Source of the DNA: Ascidiella aspersa
Lineage: Eukaryota
Length of the DNA stretch: 64,000 nt
Direction of reading: 5' to 3'
NCBI GenBank assembly: GCA_963924565.1
Contig: OZ004610.1
Location: 30,194,001 to 30,258,000, forward strand
Below, piece after piece: positions 1-14,200 of the stretch (within the stretch, counting starts at the first letter, position 1; every line of letters begins with the position of its first letter). The notes under the pieces were generated by a model. The model was given only the letters and a program-made list of their open reading frames with translations. It was not told the origin of the DNA and searched no databases. The position numbers and the translations under genes were made by a program.

Positions 1-648
1 GGAATCCTGCTCTAGAGTCTAGACAACAGTGGAGGAAATTGTAACACACAACTAGAAACTGATAAAGGAAAAGCACAATGCAATCTTACTAACTGAAAAT
101 ACGCTGATTTTGTCAAGCCTTTACCGCACTGAAACACAGTACTAATCGCTGTTACGCAAAAAAACAACAAACATTGCATTGCGATTAAAAAAAATTATCA
201 ATATTAAATATAATAAAAAAATTAAAACGAAACCTACAAATGTAAAATAACCTTCCAACCTTTAATTGTATGGTCTTTGATAATCATTTCACATCTAATT
301 ATATCAAATTTTTTCTGATTGGGTCGAATAAGGTTCAAGCCTCCTATTTTTCTTTTAACATAAGATATCCCATTATAGTAACGCCCTTTCCAAGTTGACC
401 AAGTAGCAACTTTTTAAGTACAAGCCTTGGAACACTTCGACTTCAAAGACGAGCGCTTGACTAGTCAAAGTTCTAACTGTAGCACTTTCGGCTTTTATTC
501 GAAAACTCAAGAGTTCACTCCACATGTCTGGGCTGCCAAAATCACGTGACTTTGGCCTAAGCATTTTGTGATCGCTTTTCTGGAAAATCGTTCTGTGATG
601 TGTATTTAACACGAATCTGTCTGATCGGTCAATGTGTTATTTTAAAGG

Positions 649-866
649 AACAGGTGAATTGATCAATTGTGAAATTGCTATTTTGGCAAAATTTTAATAA
701 AGTACCAACGTTTCGACCACCTATTCTGGAATATACGTTACTAGAATTTCAAGAAACAGGTAAATTCATCAATTGTGAAATTGTTATTTTGGCAAAATTT
801 TAATAAAGTACCAACGTTTCGACCACCTATTCTGGAATATACGTTACTAGAATTTCAAGAAACTGG
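649..866. repeat. 106-bp tandem duplication (2 near-identical copies)
   Basis: AGTACCAACGTTTCGACCACC at 701 and 807. Confidence 0.9.
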
Positions 867-1135
867 CATTTGGTCATCACTGGACAATGGTTATACTCGG
901 AAAATCTTCAATGTTTCAGAATCAAGTTAAAAAAAAAGTATGTTGAACTTCCATACCTTAAGCTCGTGTTTTTAATGTTAAGTTTCTAAATAACAGCTGT
1001 TGATTTTGGTTCTTTAATAATTGGTTTTGCTTGTCAAAGCACCAGAATGTACATCCAGGTGAATCAATGGCATAAAGTTAAAAAATCAAAATCAATGCAT
1101 TTTGGTGACCCCGACGCAAAACGCGATGAACTCAC

Positions 1136-2235
1136 CGTCCGGATCCTCGGAGCTGGCCTGACTCAGCGAGTACGAGTGTCGAGCCGAACTCTGTCCACTC
1201 GAAGCCGAACTCGCACTCCGGGGCGAACTCTTCGGAGTCACTTCCAGTTCCTTCGGGACCTTGCTCTTGACCTTGACCTCTGCACTTTCCGGTTCGACGA
1301 GCACGTCCACGTAGACGGCGGGCAGGATTCCGGTGCTTCCCCCAACCTTGCCTTTGTACCTGGGTAATAGGAAATAGGCGTTGTTAGAAAATAGATTCGT
1401 GATTGGTAAAATATGCGTAGAAACGCCTAAAAGAGTAGTTTAATGTTGCATTTTTTAAATTAAATAAGATATTATCTTTTGAATTTTAACTTTTATTGTA
1501 AAGAGATGGAAATCACCATCTTGCCTTTGTGCCTGTGTAATAGGAAATAGGCGTTGTTAGAATATAGATTCGTGGTTGTGAAACTATGCGTAAAAACGTA
1601 TAAATGAGTCTTTGGTGTTGCATTTGTTTTCAACTAAATAAGATATCATCTTTAAAATATTATATTTTATTGTAAAAAAGATGTAATCATATCGATTGTG
1701 GATCATATGGTGTTAGTTTTTGAAAAGGTAATTCTTTACAGATTCCCGGGATGCCTTGATAAAGGCTTAGCGAAATCAGTCAGCCCAATAAGGATTGTAG
1801 TGCAAACAAGGTAAGGCTAAGATAACAAGTAGCCTGTGGTGAGGTTCGAACTTACGAATTGAAAGATTTTTTTAATTATCTTCAACTTTTTTTATGGTAT
1901 GAACTTGGATAAACGGCATAAAAAAAACAAGGGAACTTCTCTGCCACAAAGCCCGAAATCAAGATCAAGAAGGCTGTCAACTTCACAGCTCAACATATTA
2001 CATTTTACGTGATGCTTATAGTTATATACTTCTAAACTAATTTAAATAAAAAAAAACGCAACCGTTGAAACACAACAATGCACACTTACCAGTTGGCGTC
2101 TACTTTCTTGAGAAGCAGTATGTCGTCTCCCTTCTTAAATGACAGCTCGACTTTGGAGCTGCCGTTAAAGTCGAACTTGGCCTTGGCTTGGCCGTTGCGG
2201 GAAGGTTTTTCAGGCGAAGAGGATGGGGAAATAAT
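1136..2235 (-). CDS. SORBS exons (2090-2235, 1136-1359) encoding second SH3 domain
   Basis: [35 protein letters not shown]|[19 protein letters not shown]; the Trp codon is split TG|G across the intron. Confidence 0.93.
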
Positions 2236-5200
2236 CTGTGAGAGTTAGAGTTTTTGTCAGATTTACGTAAAAAGAAAAAACACCATTTATCTAACTCAGC
2301 GGTTCTTAACCAGTGGGCAATGAAAACATTTTGAGATGGGCCTCAGACCAATTTTAAAAAGCGTGATTTATTAGCGAATTTAGTTTCATTTATGTCGCTT
2401 TAGTTAATTTTACAGACTTTACTTAATTTTACAGGACTCACTAATGCACGGTGATGTTTTTTGTTCTCTAACCCTATTATATTTAAAAAAAATTATTGAG
2501 CCACAGAATTTTTGTGCAACGAAAATGGGTCACAAAAGAAAAAAAGGTTAAGAACCAGTGTAGCCTACTAACTGATTCCAACAAGTTTCAACATTTTTGG
2601 CCTCTACAAGCATCGTTTTTAGCCTGCTATACTTTTTACTAGCCAGTTTATCTGGGCACATAAATCAAACTTATATAATACATAGCTGGGAATTTTTTTT
2701 ATTCCCAATTACGAACATGCCATAAAACAGGGTAAATATTTAAAGGCGCTAAACGCATTCTTTTAAAAGTTAAATACATTTTTTATCTACTTCGAAACGT
2801 TCCACGGTAGGCTATCATACTATATATTTTAAATCTTTCTTAACGCTTCCTCCGGCCTTACAAATCACCAAAAGTATTGAACATGTGCGTAAGACGCTGG
2901 AAAAAAGTCAACCCAGAAAAAAATCAAAATCAATATCTTTAAAGCAAAGGAACAACCCGTACATCTAGGTATTGAACCGGTATGATTCCAGTCTGCTTGC
3001 CGTCGACGGTTTCAGCCTGGTACCAGTCCTCGTTCACCCGACGGGTCACGATCAGGGTCTGGCCTTTCTTGGCCGAAAGTTCCTTGGCCGTTTGGGCGCT
3101 GAAGTCGAATTTGGCGCGCGCCGGTTGACGCAGTTTGCTTTCCTGGTCAAGAAATTGCGAAAATTAAAGCAGTGATGGGTACACTATGGAGGATGCACGA
3201 TCTAGCTTGATATTGAATTGCGAAGCCAAAAAGGTCGAGTAGATCCGCATCAACTTTATTAAGACATTTCGATATGAACTTGTTTCGCTATCAGTTAATA
3301 TGACTGAGATGTAAGTCAAAGCATCGCTAAATTAATGTATGATAACTGACGCAGTTTGCTCCCCTGGTCAAGAAATTGCGAAAGTTAGAACAGGGTGGGG
3401 TACACTATGCACGGATCTGTGATGTGATAATGAATTGGAAAGTCAAAAAGGTCGAGTAGATTGACATCATCTTGATAAAAAAGTTTCGATACGAACTTGT
3501 ATCATCCTCAGGTGATGTAACTGAGAAGTAAATTGAAGCATCACTTATAAAAGGTGGGACGCAATACTTGCTTTAATATACTTCTCAGTCACATTTACTG
3601 AAGATGATGCAAGATTGATGGAAGCTCGAATCAAAACGTCTTATCAAAATGTTGTCGATCTATTCGACATTTTTGCCTTTACACTTCATTATTAAAATAT
3701 TAAACAGGGTTGCAATGCAAAAAAGTTTTGTTTTTCTAAACAGGATTGATGCTATTGTTTAAAAGTTTGGTCTGCATATAAGGCTATGGATCTTTTTTTA
3801 AGAGTAATCTTTTTTAAACCTATGAAATAGTGTTGGGTTTTAAACAGCTATTAGCACAATCAAACAGCCTCTATACAAGACCTGGGGAAACTAAGTTTCA
3901 ATCCGAAACCCAACCAAAGTAACTATACAACTCACAAAAAATAAACAAAGAGTACGTTATGTAGTCTGGTAATGATAAACAATTCATACTCCCTAAATAT
4001 TGAATCCCCTTTTTCTCGTAATACCCTGTATTGATAGCCGCACTGTCAATGCAGCAATTGCCTTTGTCAGCAGTTTAGCATCCAGTGGTGTGTAACAAGC
4101 GGTTGTGTGTTAATTGCATTAGGTTTTTGTTGGAGAGCCCGCTTCGACAAACAAAGTAGTAGAACGAACCTTGTACCAACGACATAAGACACACGACCTG
4201 GGTCACAGGTACAAATGACTTGAGTCACGTAGTCTACACGGCTATTATTACTCAACGATGGGTCCCTTTTAAGTGTCATAGTATCTTAAATAACTAATGT
4301 GACCTAGAAGTCGCGTTTCTAGCGCAATTGAACCGACAATTTAAATGGTAGCGGTAGAAAAGTATTTTTTGTTTTTCTAGTCTGCTGCCTTGTTGGCGCC
4401 ATTGATCGACATATTCGGTGAGTTTGCGATGGCTTTCGGTGTACTTATGATACGTAAGCCGTAATTGTTGGTCAAAATGCGGCTTACGAAGGGCTAGATC
4501 ACAGTTGTTAAACACATATGTATGTGTATCTTTCATTGGTTTGAAAAATAAATTATTTTTTTATTTAATTCTAGAACGTGTCAATCAACATATTCCCAAC
4601 GGCAGAAAACAATTAAAATAAAGTTACAAAAACAACACGAAAACAACTTTACAAAGGGTAGCTTTCTGATAACGTTGAAGGTTGCACTTTTTGCGCAAAC
4701 TCAGCGTCGCTAAATTGATCAATGACAGCTTCAACAAAGCAGGAAGTCACATCGTGTTCCTTTAAGCAGGGCGCAAACCTTACGCTGTGCACGGCTGACA
4801 CGTGTCAAGCTTACACACCTAAACAACGCTTTTTTTGGCCGCTCTTACAACAACCAAGTCGGTTTTTTTTTCTTACAACAACCAAGTCGTAAAAATGTGA
4901 AGTGGTGCCTTCCCTGTACTATTTAGAACCAACATAAACACATCGAACAAACATTGAAAAAAAATCAAAGGCTGGCTTTACAACTCTTTCATTTTGATCA
5001 ACAAAACTCTTTCAGGCATATCGGTAATTTCCTGAAATACCTAATAAAATGGCAAACCATTCTAATGCATGCTAATGGCGTTCTGTCTGGTATACTTAAT
5101 ATGCATTCGGCAAATATAAGATACTGAATGCCTTTTTGCGCACAAAAAGTTTAACAGATTAAAAATATGTACTCACATCTTTGCTTTGTGTTTTCGGTTT

Positions 5201-8200
5201 CACTTGGGGAGGGCTGGTTTTCGTCGGTGCTGCAAAAGTACTAGGATTTTGAAATCTTGACAAATATGTCATAGTTTTTGTATGTATACAAAATATGGCT
5301 AAAAACTGTTTTTTCGGCTTCTTCTTACGAAATGGTATGATCCCTCAATAGAAATTAGGGCGTAAGTTATAAAGAAATTAATAACAAGCGGTTATACATA
5401 ATGGCAACCATGTGTCCTCATTTAAAGGACAGGGTTCATTTTCTAAGACACAAGTTCAGTTTGGGGGTAAAGTTTTAATTGAATAAGATCTATTACCACC
5501 TCTTAACAGAAAAACAAACGTTTAAGGTCAATTTTCAACAAGCGGTTATGGTAAAAACACGCGACACGCGTCCTATTTTAGGAGTGATAAAAATGGGCAG
5601 CCCAAAGTTTCTACATAAACGCTGCAAAACAAATCAGCTGATTATAACCAGAAAGCGTAAAAACAACTCTTAACAGAAAACCAATAGTTTGAGCCCAATT
5701 TTTGCACAAGTCAATAAGCGGTTAGTAAAAAAACACGAACCTTTCATGGGTGATAAAAATAAGTCAGCATCAAGTTGTCAAAATTAATCAGCTAACCCAA
5801 AAACCTCACTTTTTTAGGCGTAGACATCACCGTGGCCCACAAAAAACGTCATTTCCCTCAACTCTATTTTCGCCATTGTTTTTACGCAAGAGAACCCGAC
5901 TCTTTTTAAAGCGACGCAAAGTGAACCGGCTTAAAGTAAACAACAACAAAAAAACAAAGGCAACATCACTTACCCGACATTGCGTTCCTATATGCAGTGT
6001 AGGAAGTGGCACTGGCAGCGGCCGGACTCGTATCCACAGTTACTTGCGAACGAGAGGGCGGTGGCTTGTAGCTGTAGTTAAAAGAAGTACACTTTAGACC
6101 AGTGCTTCCCAACCTTTTTCAGTTCGCGACTCCCTTTTAATGCAAGTTTTATTGTGCGACCCACAATGAGATTGTTATCAATAATTAAAAATGCAATTAA
6201 TTTGAAATAAGATTAACAGCAACATAAAACCTGCATCTTTACTACTGGCGTAAGTACTGACATAGTTAATGCGACACAACACACCTAATTGTTACGTATT
6301 TGTTACATTGTTGAATAAATGTTAAAATGCAATAATACCCCAATCTAATAGAAACCTTTAACATTTCGAAATGCTTCGCGACCCACCTGAAATAGACCCA
6401 CCGGTTGGGAAGTACTGCGCTTTAAACCAGTTTACGATATCGTGAAACTTTACAACAGCAGTTTCGGATTGCTTGTACAGCCAATAATGAGATTGTTTTA
6501 CCTTGGCAAGCAAAATACATGCGGTTTGATGGATGAGTAAGAATCGGTGACGATTAATAGTAATCTCTTGGGACGCTTTCAAAGTGCTCTGGACCTAACT
6601 GTACCGCAACCTACCAAGGGGATAGGTGGACTTTTATCACAAATTATATATTCCCTACGCGAGCCAAGAAAGTACGTTGAACGGCGAAGGCCTTAGTAGT
6701 TTTGAGGTGAATGTGACACCGGCAAACTAAGCTCAAAAAATACTATTACGTCAGTATAAGTAGTTCATGGTGGCTCTATCGAGTAATGACGTAAATGCTA
6801 TTTGTTGTCTACCAAACACATTTGTTCTCTACAAGTTTTTAGATTTATTGCACTGATTTGGCGACGCATACATTTTATTAACCATGGGTAATATTAGAGG
6901 TGCTGTTTTTAAAACTGTAATTCCTAAACGCGTTACGTACCAGTAGTGACTAAAACCGTCACTTGAATATAAATAGTTTTCTGAGAATACAACTCCTTAA
7001 AGAAAGTGGACCGAAAGATTTTTTACCGAAACTTGCAAGTTTTGAATTATAACGTGCCTTTAATGTTGGCCTGTACAATTCCCTTAGACCTCATAACAAA
7101 CTTTCACTATGCCTAACCTAACAAGCTGCTAACACTTACTCGAGTTATACGATCCACCTTGTGAGACAAACACCACTCTAGCAAAAATACTTAGCACCGC
7201 AGCACTTCTTACAGCATAAGTTATGCAGGCGACTATAGGACTGACAGCATGCTGAGGCTAGCGCTAGTCGCCCACTCACAACAGCACGCCTGCTATGCAA
7301 AGCTTTCAGGCCGCGAGATACGTCATATTTCCTACCGTTTTCCGGTGGACGAAAGGCGGCCTGGAATTAGATTTAAATCGACCTAAAAAGGCTGCGCCCT
7401 GGCTCGATAAAGACTTACTTTCGACGGCCGATTTGGAATGGGAATTCAATTTGCTGAGGCTATGTGGGTGGGTCGTCTACTGTTTGTTGTGAATGTTTAG
7501 TGCTGGAAATAAAAGCGGTACAAAGCGACCTCATTGAATTTCTGCGTTTGGTGCGATATACTGTATGCGTTTCTACATGGAAATATTTGCGTTGTTTATC
7601 TTTATTTGAATCGAACCTTTGCCATTACTAAAGATTCAGTATTTTCTTTCGAAAAATAGAATCTGCCTGAACCTGAATGGTGAAAAACAAACGGTTCTGG
7701 TTGCGCATCATGATAAAGTACAGATATAGAACTTAGTAACCCGGAAATCAGTTAGTTGTTATATGATAAATAGATCCACTTGATAAATAGGCCTTTACTA
7801 ACTGCAACAATCCCCCAAAAAGATCTATTCAGTTGATCTGCTTACAACATCGCCAATTAGACGAAATACTATTGACGTTTTCTATTAAATGACCCTCTTT
7901 TGATCTCTAGCAATATCCTGCACATCAGATCAGCGTTCGGTTCAACCGAATGGTTGAACTAACAATATACGACCGGCCTATACAAACTGTTATCATGAAG
8001 TATGCGGTTAGAAACTAAAGCAAAAGTAGAGGCGCCAGGGAATAACTGGCGTTGCCGTGATGGAAACACTAGCTGGGCAAAAGCGCAAAACGCAAGCAGA
8101 CGGACAATACCGTTGGTTATTAACGCGATAAACATAACGGAGGTCTTGTGAACATGGGATTAGTTTATACAGGGTCGTTCTTACGGTATCATTAACCCTG

Positions 8201-11200
8201 ATGGCGTTCTGTATACTTTGAGTTAAAAGTTCGGCATCCAGAATACAAGTCTTATTTGCTATTATTATAATTAGGACTAATTTGCTGCCCCCCACCCCAA
8301 TTTCATACCAATATGACTACAATACATCATGGTCTTGGGTCACAAGGATCGCTTGACGAAAATGATGCGCAGAAACAAAACTAGGGAGGTTAACTTTGAT
8401 GTTAGTTAACAGCTTCCGACATGTAGTGTACAATTAGTTAAATGCGTCTTGGAGGGTATAGGTATAATGAGGTGCGAAACGTACAAAAGCAAGCCGCGAC
8501 CACAAATGGCGTATTTACTTATGAGTAAGACACACACAGCACCGGTTAATACTTCCGCAGTGGACTTTCATTTCTGTACGACTTACAATACATTCAGTCC
8601 GTAACAATAGCACTCGTGCGGTTTATATCAACACCCATTGTAAGGGTGCGTTTTGAAAGCAGTCGGTGGTTTAAAACGCTCGTATAGAGCTGCGTGTTAT
8701 TGGTTTAACCGAAAGCAAACGGCAAAAGTTGAATTGACCTTACCTTGGAGATGCCGGGGGTACGCTGTTTTTCATTTGCTGCAAAACAAAAACGCAGATT
8801 TTAAACCACCGAAAGTGTAATCAAAGTACAAGCCCCGTGGTTAAACTCTGGAGTATTAAAGGTTTTCAAACTGGTAATTTTGAAAATAATAGGGAACGGT
8901 AATCCACCCAAAAACAAAAGTAGTGTTTGCCTTTATACATGCTTTACATTTTTATTATTATTTAAAGCCAAATATACCATATGTCCTCAGATGCCAATTA
9001 TCATGTTATTCTGGTGTTGTTATGGAAGTAGTTCATTCCATTACAATTAATCACAATAAAAAAGGGGTTTATTAAAATCTATCAGGTTCTTTACCGAGGT
9101 AATGATAATAAAAACTATATGAAGCACTTATTTAGAAGCAATCAAACCGAACTAGTTTTGTTGAGCTTATTTTTTAAATAGATTTTGCTTTAAAATAAAA
9201 GGGCTTGCATAGCAATGTATTGTACACATACAGCCCACTTACCAAAATGAGCAAACGTTTGCAAATCATGTCCGAATTTTACGTAATAGCAAAGCGTGCA
9301 TTGTCTGTGTGCAAAAGCGCGTGTAACCCAACATTCCAAATTTGCAGGGCTCCTTGTTAAATTTTAAAAAAGTGGAAAACAGATTTTTTGCACTCATCTC
9401 AGTGTTATGTGTGCAATGGACTGGATCCCAAAAACGGTTATCACAATTTTTCAAAATTTCCCAACATATTTTTAGCTTTACCTTGGGTAACAATACACCA
9501 AACGTAGGTTACATTTAAATAATTCAACCAAAACTGAATGCAAACTATCTCTTACCTCTTTTACATCTAAATCCCAAATCTGGCCAGTCTGGTGAGAGAA
9601 AAAAGGGAAAAAAGAGAAGTTAGAAATTAAAGAAAGGGGATGACGTAGGTTTACAAACGCGCGTCATCAGATAACGAGACACTATTCTCGAATGGAGATA
9701 TCTATTATGTGACACAAATGACATTCGCCCATTAAAATGACAAATACAAAACAAACGACTACGGTAATGCGCGATTGCATACAGTGTGACCACGATAGGA
9801 ATTCTCACCGTTTTCGGTTTAAGAACGTCGTCGAAAAAGTCTCCCCACTGCATATTGGAGAAGTCATCTAAGCTAGAGCTCCGTCGCTACAAAGTCACAT
9901 AATTTACAGCGTTGAGAAAAAGGTCGAGCTGCTTTTTCGGCAGAATTTCAAACTGAAAGAAAACGAAATATCCTACCCGGCCAGTGGTTCTCAACGTGAC
10001 TTTCTCCATCATGATGGTAAAATCCAACACAAAACATGCAACAAAATTGGGGCGTAAGCAATGCTCCTTACTAACAAAGAGTTTTGTCAGACAACTGCAA
10101 TCTAAGAACTTCTGTAAAAACAGCAAAAAAGTGAACCTCAATAGAACACTAAACGCTTAGATTTAATATAAAGGCCTACAACGCAGCCGCACTTTTATCA
10201 GTCTAGGCCAGTGGTTCCCATCCTTTTGTTCTCGCGACCCCTTTTAAGTTTTGGATAACTTACGCGGTCCCCGATTATAGTGTATGATACATAACCCTGA
10301 GTCAATAAAAAAAACATTTAAAAATTGGCAAAAAAATTCGAATTGGGAAAAAATCAAGACGATGTATCAGTACTAAACACGACAGGTTAACTGCAGTAAA
10401 AGCCACGTAAACACAAATGTTAAAATTGCGATTACTTTGGCTCCTTCTATACTGCTAAACTTTAAGTTTATATTGCTTATATCTTATGACGCTTTTCTTT
10501 GTCAAATACTACACGGCGACCCCTTCCCCCCCCCGAAACAACCCCTTGCGACCCCTTTTGAGATCGCGACCCCCAGGTTGGGAACCACTGGTCTAGGCGT
10601 AAAATAACTAATTTAGTCGCCTAAACAAAGCTATCTTCCCTAATATGCTGATATAAGCTTCTTCACCTTCAAACTGATTAAAAAAATGGAAATTCAAGGC
10701 GACTTTGCAACTCAGTGTTTAACCAAATTTATGGCACACGGGCGCCTCGCAAATACGAGCGACTGGCAAAAATCTCGAAAAGCACGGCCTTTCAATTGCG
10801 CCCCCCGCCGCACAACAATATACAAACAAACAATCAGCTGAATGACATTCCAGGGGCCTTTCAGCTGACCGCCGTGCCGAAATTCAACAGTCGGACTGAC
10901 AACAACAAACACAACAACAAGAGAACGATTTCTGATGGCTCCGGTTGAATTACACACGCGCCGATTAACGTTTAGGCTTCTCGTCCGCTCGATTAGCGAG
11001 AAAGCTAACGTTACTCTTATTGTGGCGCGCACAGAGCTCAAACAATCGCTTATTGTATAAAGGCCGGGGCCCATCTACCAGCGCGCGTGTGTTTTGTACA
11101 GCCTATGCTGTCAGGCTGGCTGGGTACCGTAAGAGCGTCGGGTGCGGGTTCTTGAAAGGTTTAATTCGACACTGTTGCCTCGACAAGAATGGGCAAAACG

Positions 11201-14200
11201 CGAGAGAGCGATCGACCCTAGTCCCTAATGTAGGCAGTGTCCCTTGAGGCCACTTCAAAAGGAGCCCAGCCCCATTTCCACGTTCGCGCCATAAGGAAAA
11301 ATAAAAAAGAGAAAAATAATGAAAATCCAAATGTTTTTCACAAAGCTAATAAAAACTGGCTAATTGAAGGAAAAAAACAGCATGTTGTTTGAAAGCGGTC
11401 TTCTAGTTTCTAGGTTTACAAAAGAAATGAAAAATGGCATAAAAGATTGTTTAGTAAAGATAGAGTGGCTATTCAAAAAGAGCTTGGCGCGATTTCCCAC
11501 CCTCGCGTCGTGACGTTTTCTGGCCCCGAAATGTCAAAAAAAGAAGATTTTAGTCGGACCAAAAAAGGCGAAAAATAAAACATAATATTTTTAAAGCGTA
11601 GTTCACAAAAGAAATTCGTAGTTTTACAAAATGAATGAAAGATTGCCTAAAGGATTGGTAAGTAAAGATAGAGCGGCCATATTTCCTTTGGCGAATCTAA
11701 AGCGGCAATGGGATCTAGGTAAGGACTTTTGAGTCAGATCACGAGGTCAGTATAGCGTATGGAATATTCCTTACCAAACTTCGCCACAATATAGCTTAAC
11801 ATATGGACCAACTGCCTGGGCTGTAAATCACCTTGCTGACGAACATCGCATTCGCATGTCTAGTAAAGATTAAGCGGCTAGCATATCCTTTAACCAAGAA
11901 GTGAAAAAAATTACGTTACAGGATAAAAATATGGTTTGGGCGAATCTACAGCGGCAATGGGATCTAGCAAATGTTAAAAAAACGGCGCAAAACATGGCCA
12001 AAACAGCACGTTTAAAGGGATAGGACTGGCCCACAGTGAACAACGGAAATCGAGAGGGGGAAGCGGATAATTGCGAGTGCGGTCTGTGAGTGCGAGTAGC
12101 ACGAGTCCGACGGGGGGGTCGAGTGCCTCGTTGACTCGCTTCGATGGCGCTACGGCTGCGTCGGTGAAACACGTAAAAGTGTCGGCCCAAAGCCGCTCGA
12201 GCGTCAATTGTTTTCGACTGGAAACGCGTGGAGTTTGAAGTTATGACGGGGACTGGCTGTCCGCAAACGATGATTGACTGCTGCTGTTATAATGGATTCG
12301 CAGTGGCGCAATAGTGTAGTGTGCTTCACATGTGATCGAAAAAAATTTCAGTTTTATAATTATTTAATCGCGTCTTGTTATATCATATTCGTTCCGAAAC
12401 TGATTATGTTCCTTTAGTCCAGTTTTCACTTGGTGTTCAGCGGAACACTGATGTTCCGTGAAAGATCGTAATGTTACGCTTTTTCGCAAAATTATCTTCT
12501 GTGCGAACTTCCGAGCAATATTCGGCTTTAAAAAGAAGAAGTATGGCGATAGACAAAAGTAAATGGTCGTTAGCTGCCTGAGAGCTTTTCTATTATAATT
12601 GTTTTCCTTGTGTTTTTTTTGCCATTTTATTTATTTTATAAAAAAAATAACATTTTTAAATCTTGAATGCAGGGGTTCGTTAACTGGGCTCCAATGGACG
12701 CTTTGCGGGCCGTGGACAAGGTCTGGGGGTACATTAAGGTTCATTGGAATCCTTGTGTAAAATTAAAAACACAGGGATTAGTTTCAAAAATATAGACCAA
12801 TAAAAAAACGCTTTGCCATATCCTTTCTAACCATAAGTACGACCAGAAACTTCAAGTTTCTTAAGTTTACTGGTATTGTGACGTAATCTTTAAAAAATCT
12901 TCATGTACACCCTGATCCACGCTTTTTCCTTAGAAATCGCTCAATAATGCATTTATGTTAAATTGAACAGCCCTTCTCCGAAGTATCGAGTAACAAGTAT
13001 CGAATTCCAACGCGACTTTCAGCCGCACTCGCTACGCCCGCTTGCCTTCTAGCGGATGCGAAACTCGATTCGGCTGAAAAGCGAAAAAGGCCGCGGGACA
13101 TTATACATCCGATGATATTTCACGTGGATTAAATTTCAGTTCGATTGCAGAGGAATGACAAAAAGGATATGTTTTATTATCTGTTGTCCTGTAAAAAAGC
13201 GTTTAAATCCTTGGTTTCACAACTAAGATAAAAGTGATGGTACGCGAGGGATCTTCACGGGGTTCTTCAAACGAACTTGAAAAAGTAATGAAAAGTGGGT
13301 TATTGTGGCTCTTTGCAGTATGTTTATTCGGCAACTAGCGCTAGAAATGATTTATGAATTAATTTCGTGGGTTAAAACCATGTTAAACCAAGTGTACTCT
13401 TTAAAAAAACAGGTGATACGTAATAATAGTAATAATCGAATTGGTAGAGAGCATACGTTCAAAAACATTGGTTTCAATGGCGCTGTTCTGTCCCAAAAGT
13501 CCAGTTTTAACGTGCCCAAACTGCGAAATGCGTAGCTAGCAATTAAATCCAACTTGCCCTTGACTACGCAAAGCTCAACTTTAATAGCGCGAAGCACAAC
13601 AAACAACAACAACATCACGCTGTCCATCACTTACTGTAGAGGAAATGTCGTAATGCACCCCGAATCAGATTTATCAAAAACTGCGCGTAAATAACACTAG
13701 ACAAGCGCATATCCCTTCAACGATGTTACAAAGTTACAAGCCAAAACGTTGCCATTTTATTCACTACATTAAATTGGACAGTTTACCAGGCCGAGAATCA
13801 GCCGGCCCCCTATTCTGTATCAGTGGGTAAATGGCAAGGGAAAAAAGTTTATAAGGCGACCGACCTTTCTAAGATACACTAAAAACGCAGGGGGTGGTGT
13901 AACTGCAACTTGCTTAAAGATGGGTGAAAGTGGCCAGGTACGGGGTTTAAAAAGGGGGGGGGGGCGACCACTTTTTGGCTGGCCACCCAAAGCGGCCAAA
14001 CGGGTTCGCCCTTTAAATTCGCGGTAAAGCGACGACCGGCAAAAGTCGTGGCAAACTTTCCGGGAAAAAGTCGGGACTTCCAGCATTTGAAGCGAAAAAT
14101 GCTACACACGCTACTTAACAAGAAAAGGGGCATTTTAACGCGCAGGCAAGCGTGCGGATTGTCTTGGGGTGGGGGTAGGGTCAGACTTGGACAACTAAAT

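Noticed and set aside
373-612. 79-aa minus-strand ORF with a plausible acceptor as a SORBS exon
   Set aside because: Open only in phase 0, while the preceding exon ends in phase 1; no linking exon found.
1753-1783. TTGATAA-AGGCTTAGC-GAAA-TCAGTC as a U3-A8 variant hammerhead
   Set aside because: Stems I and II too weak and only one copy seen.
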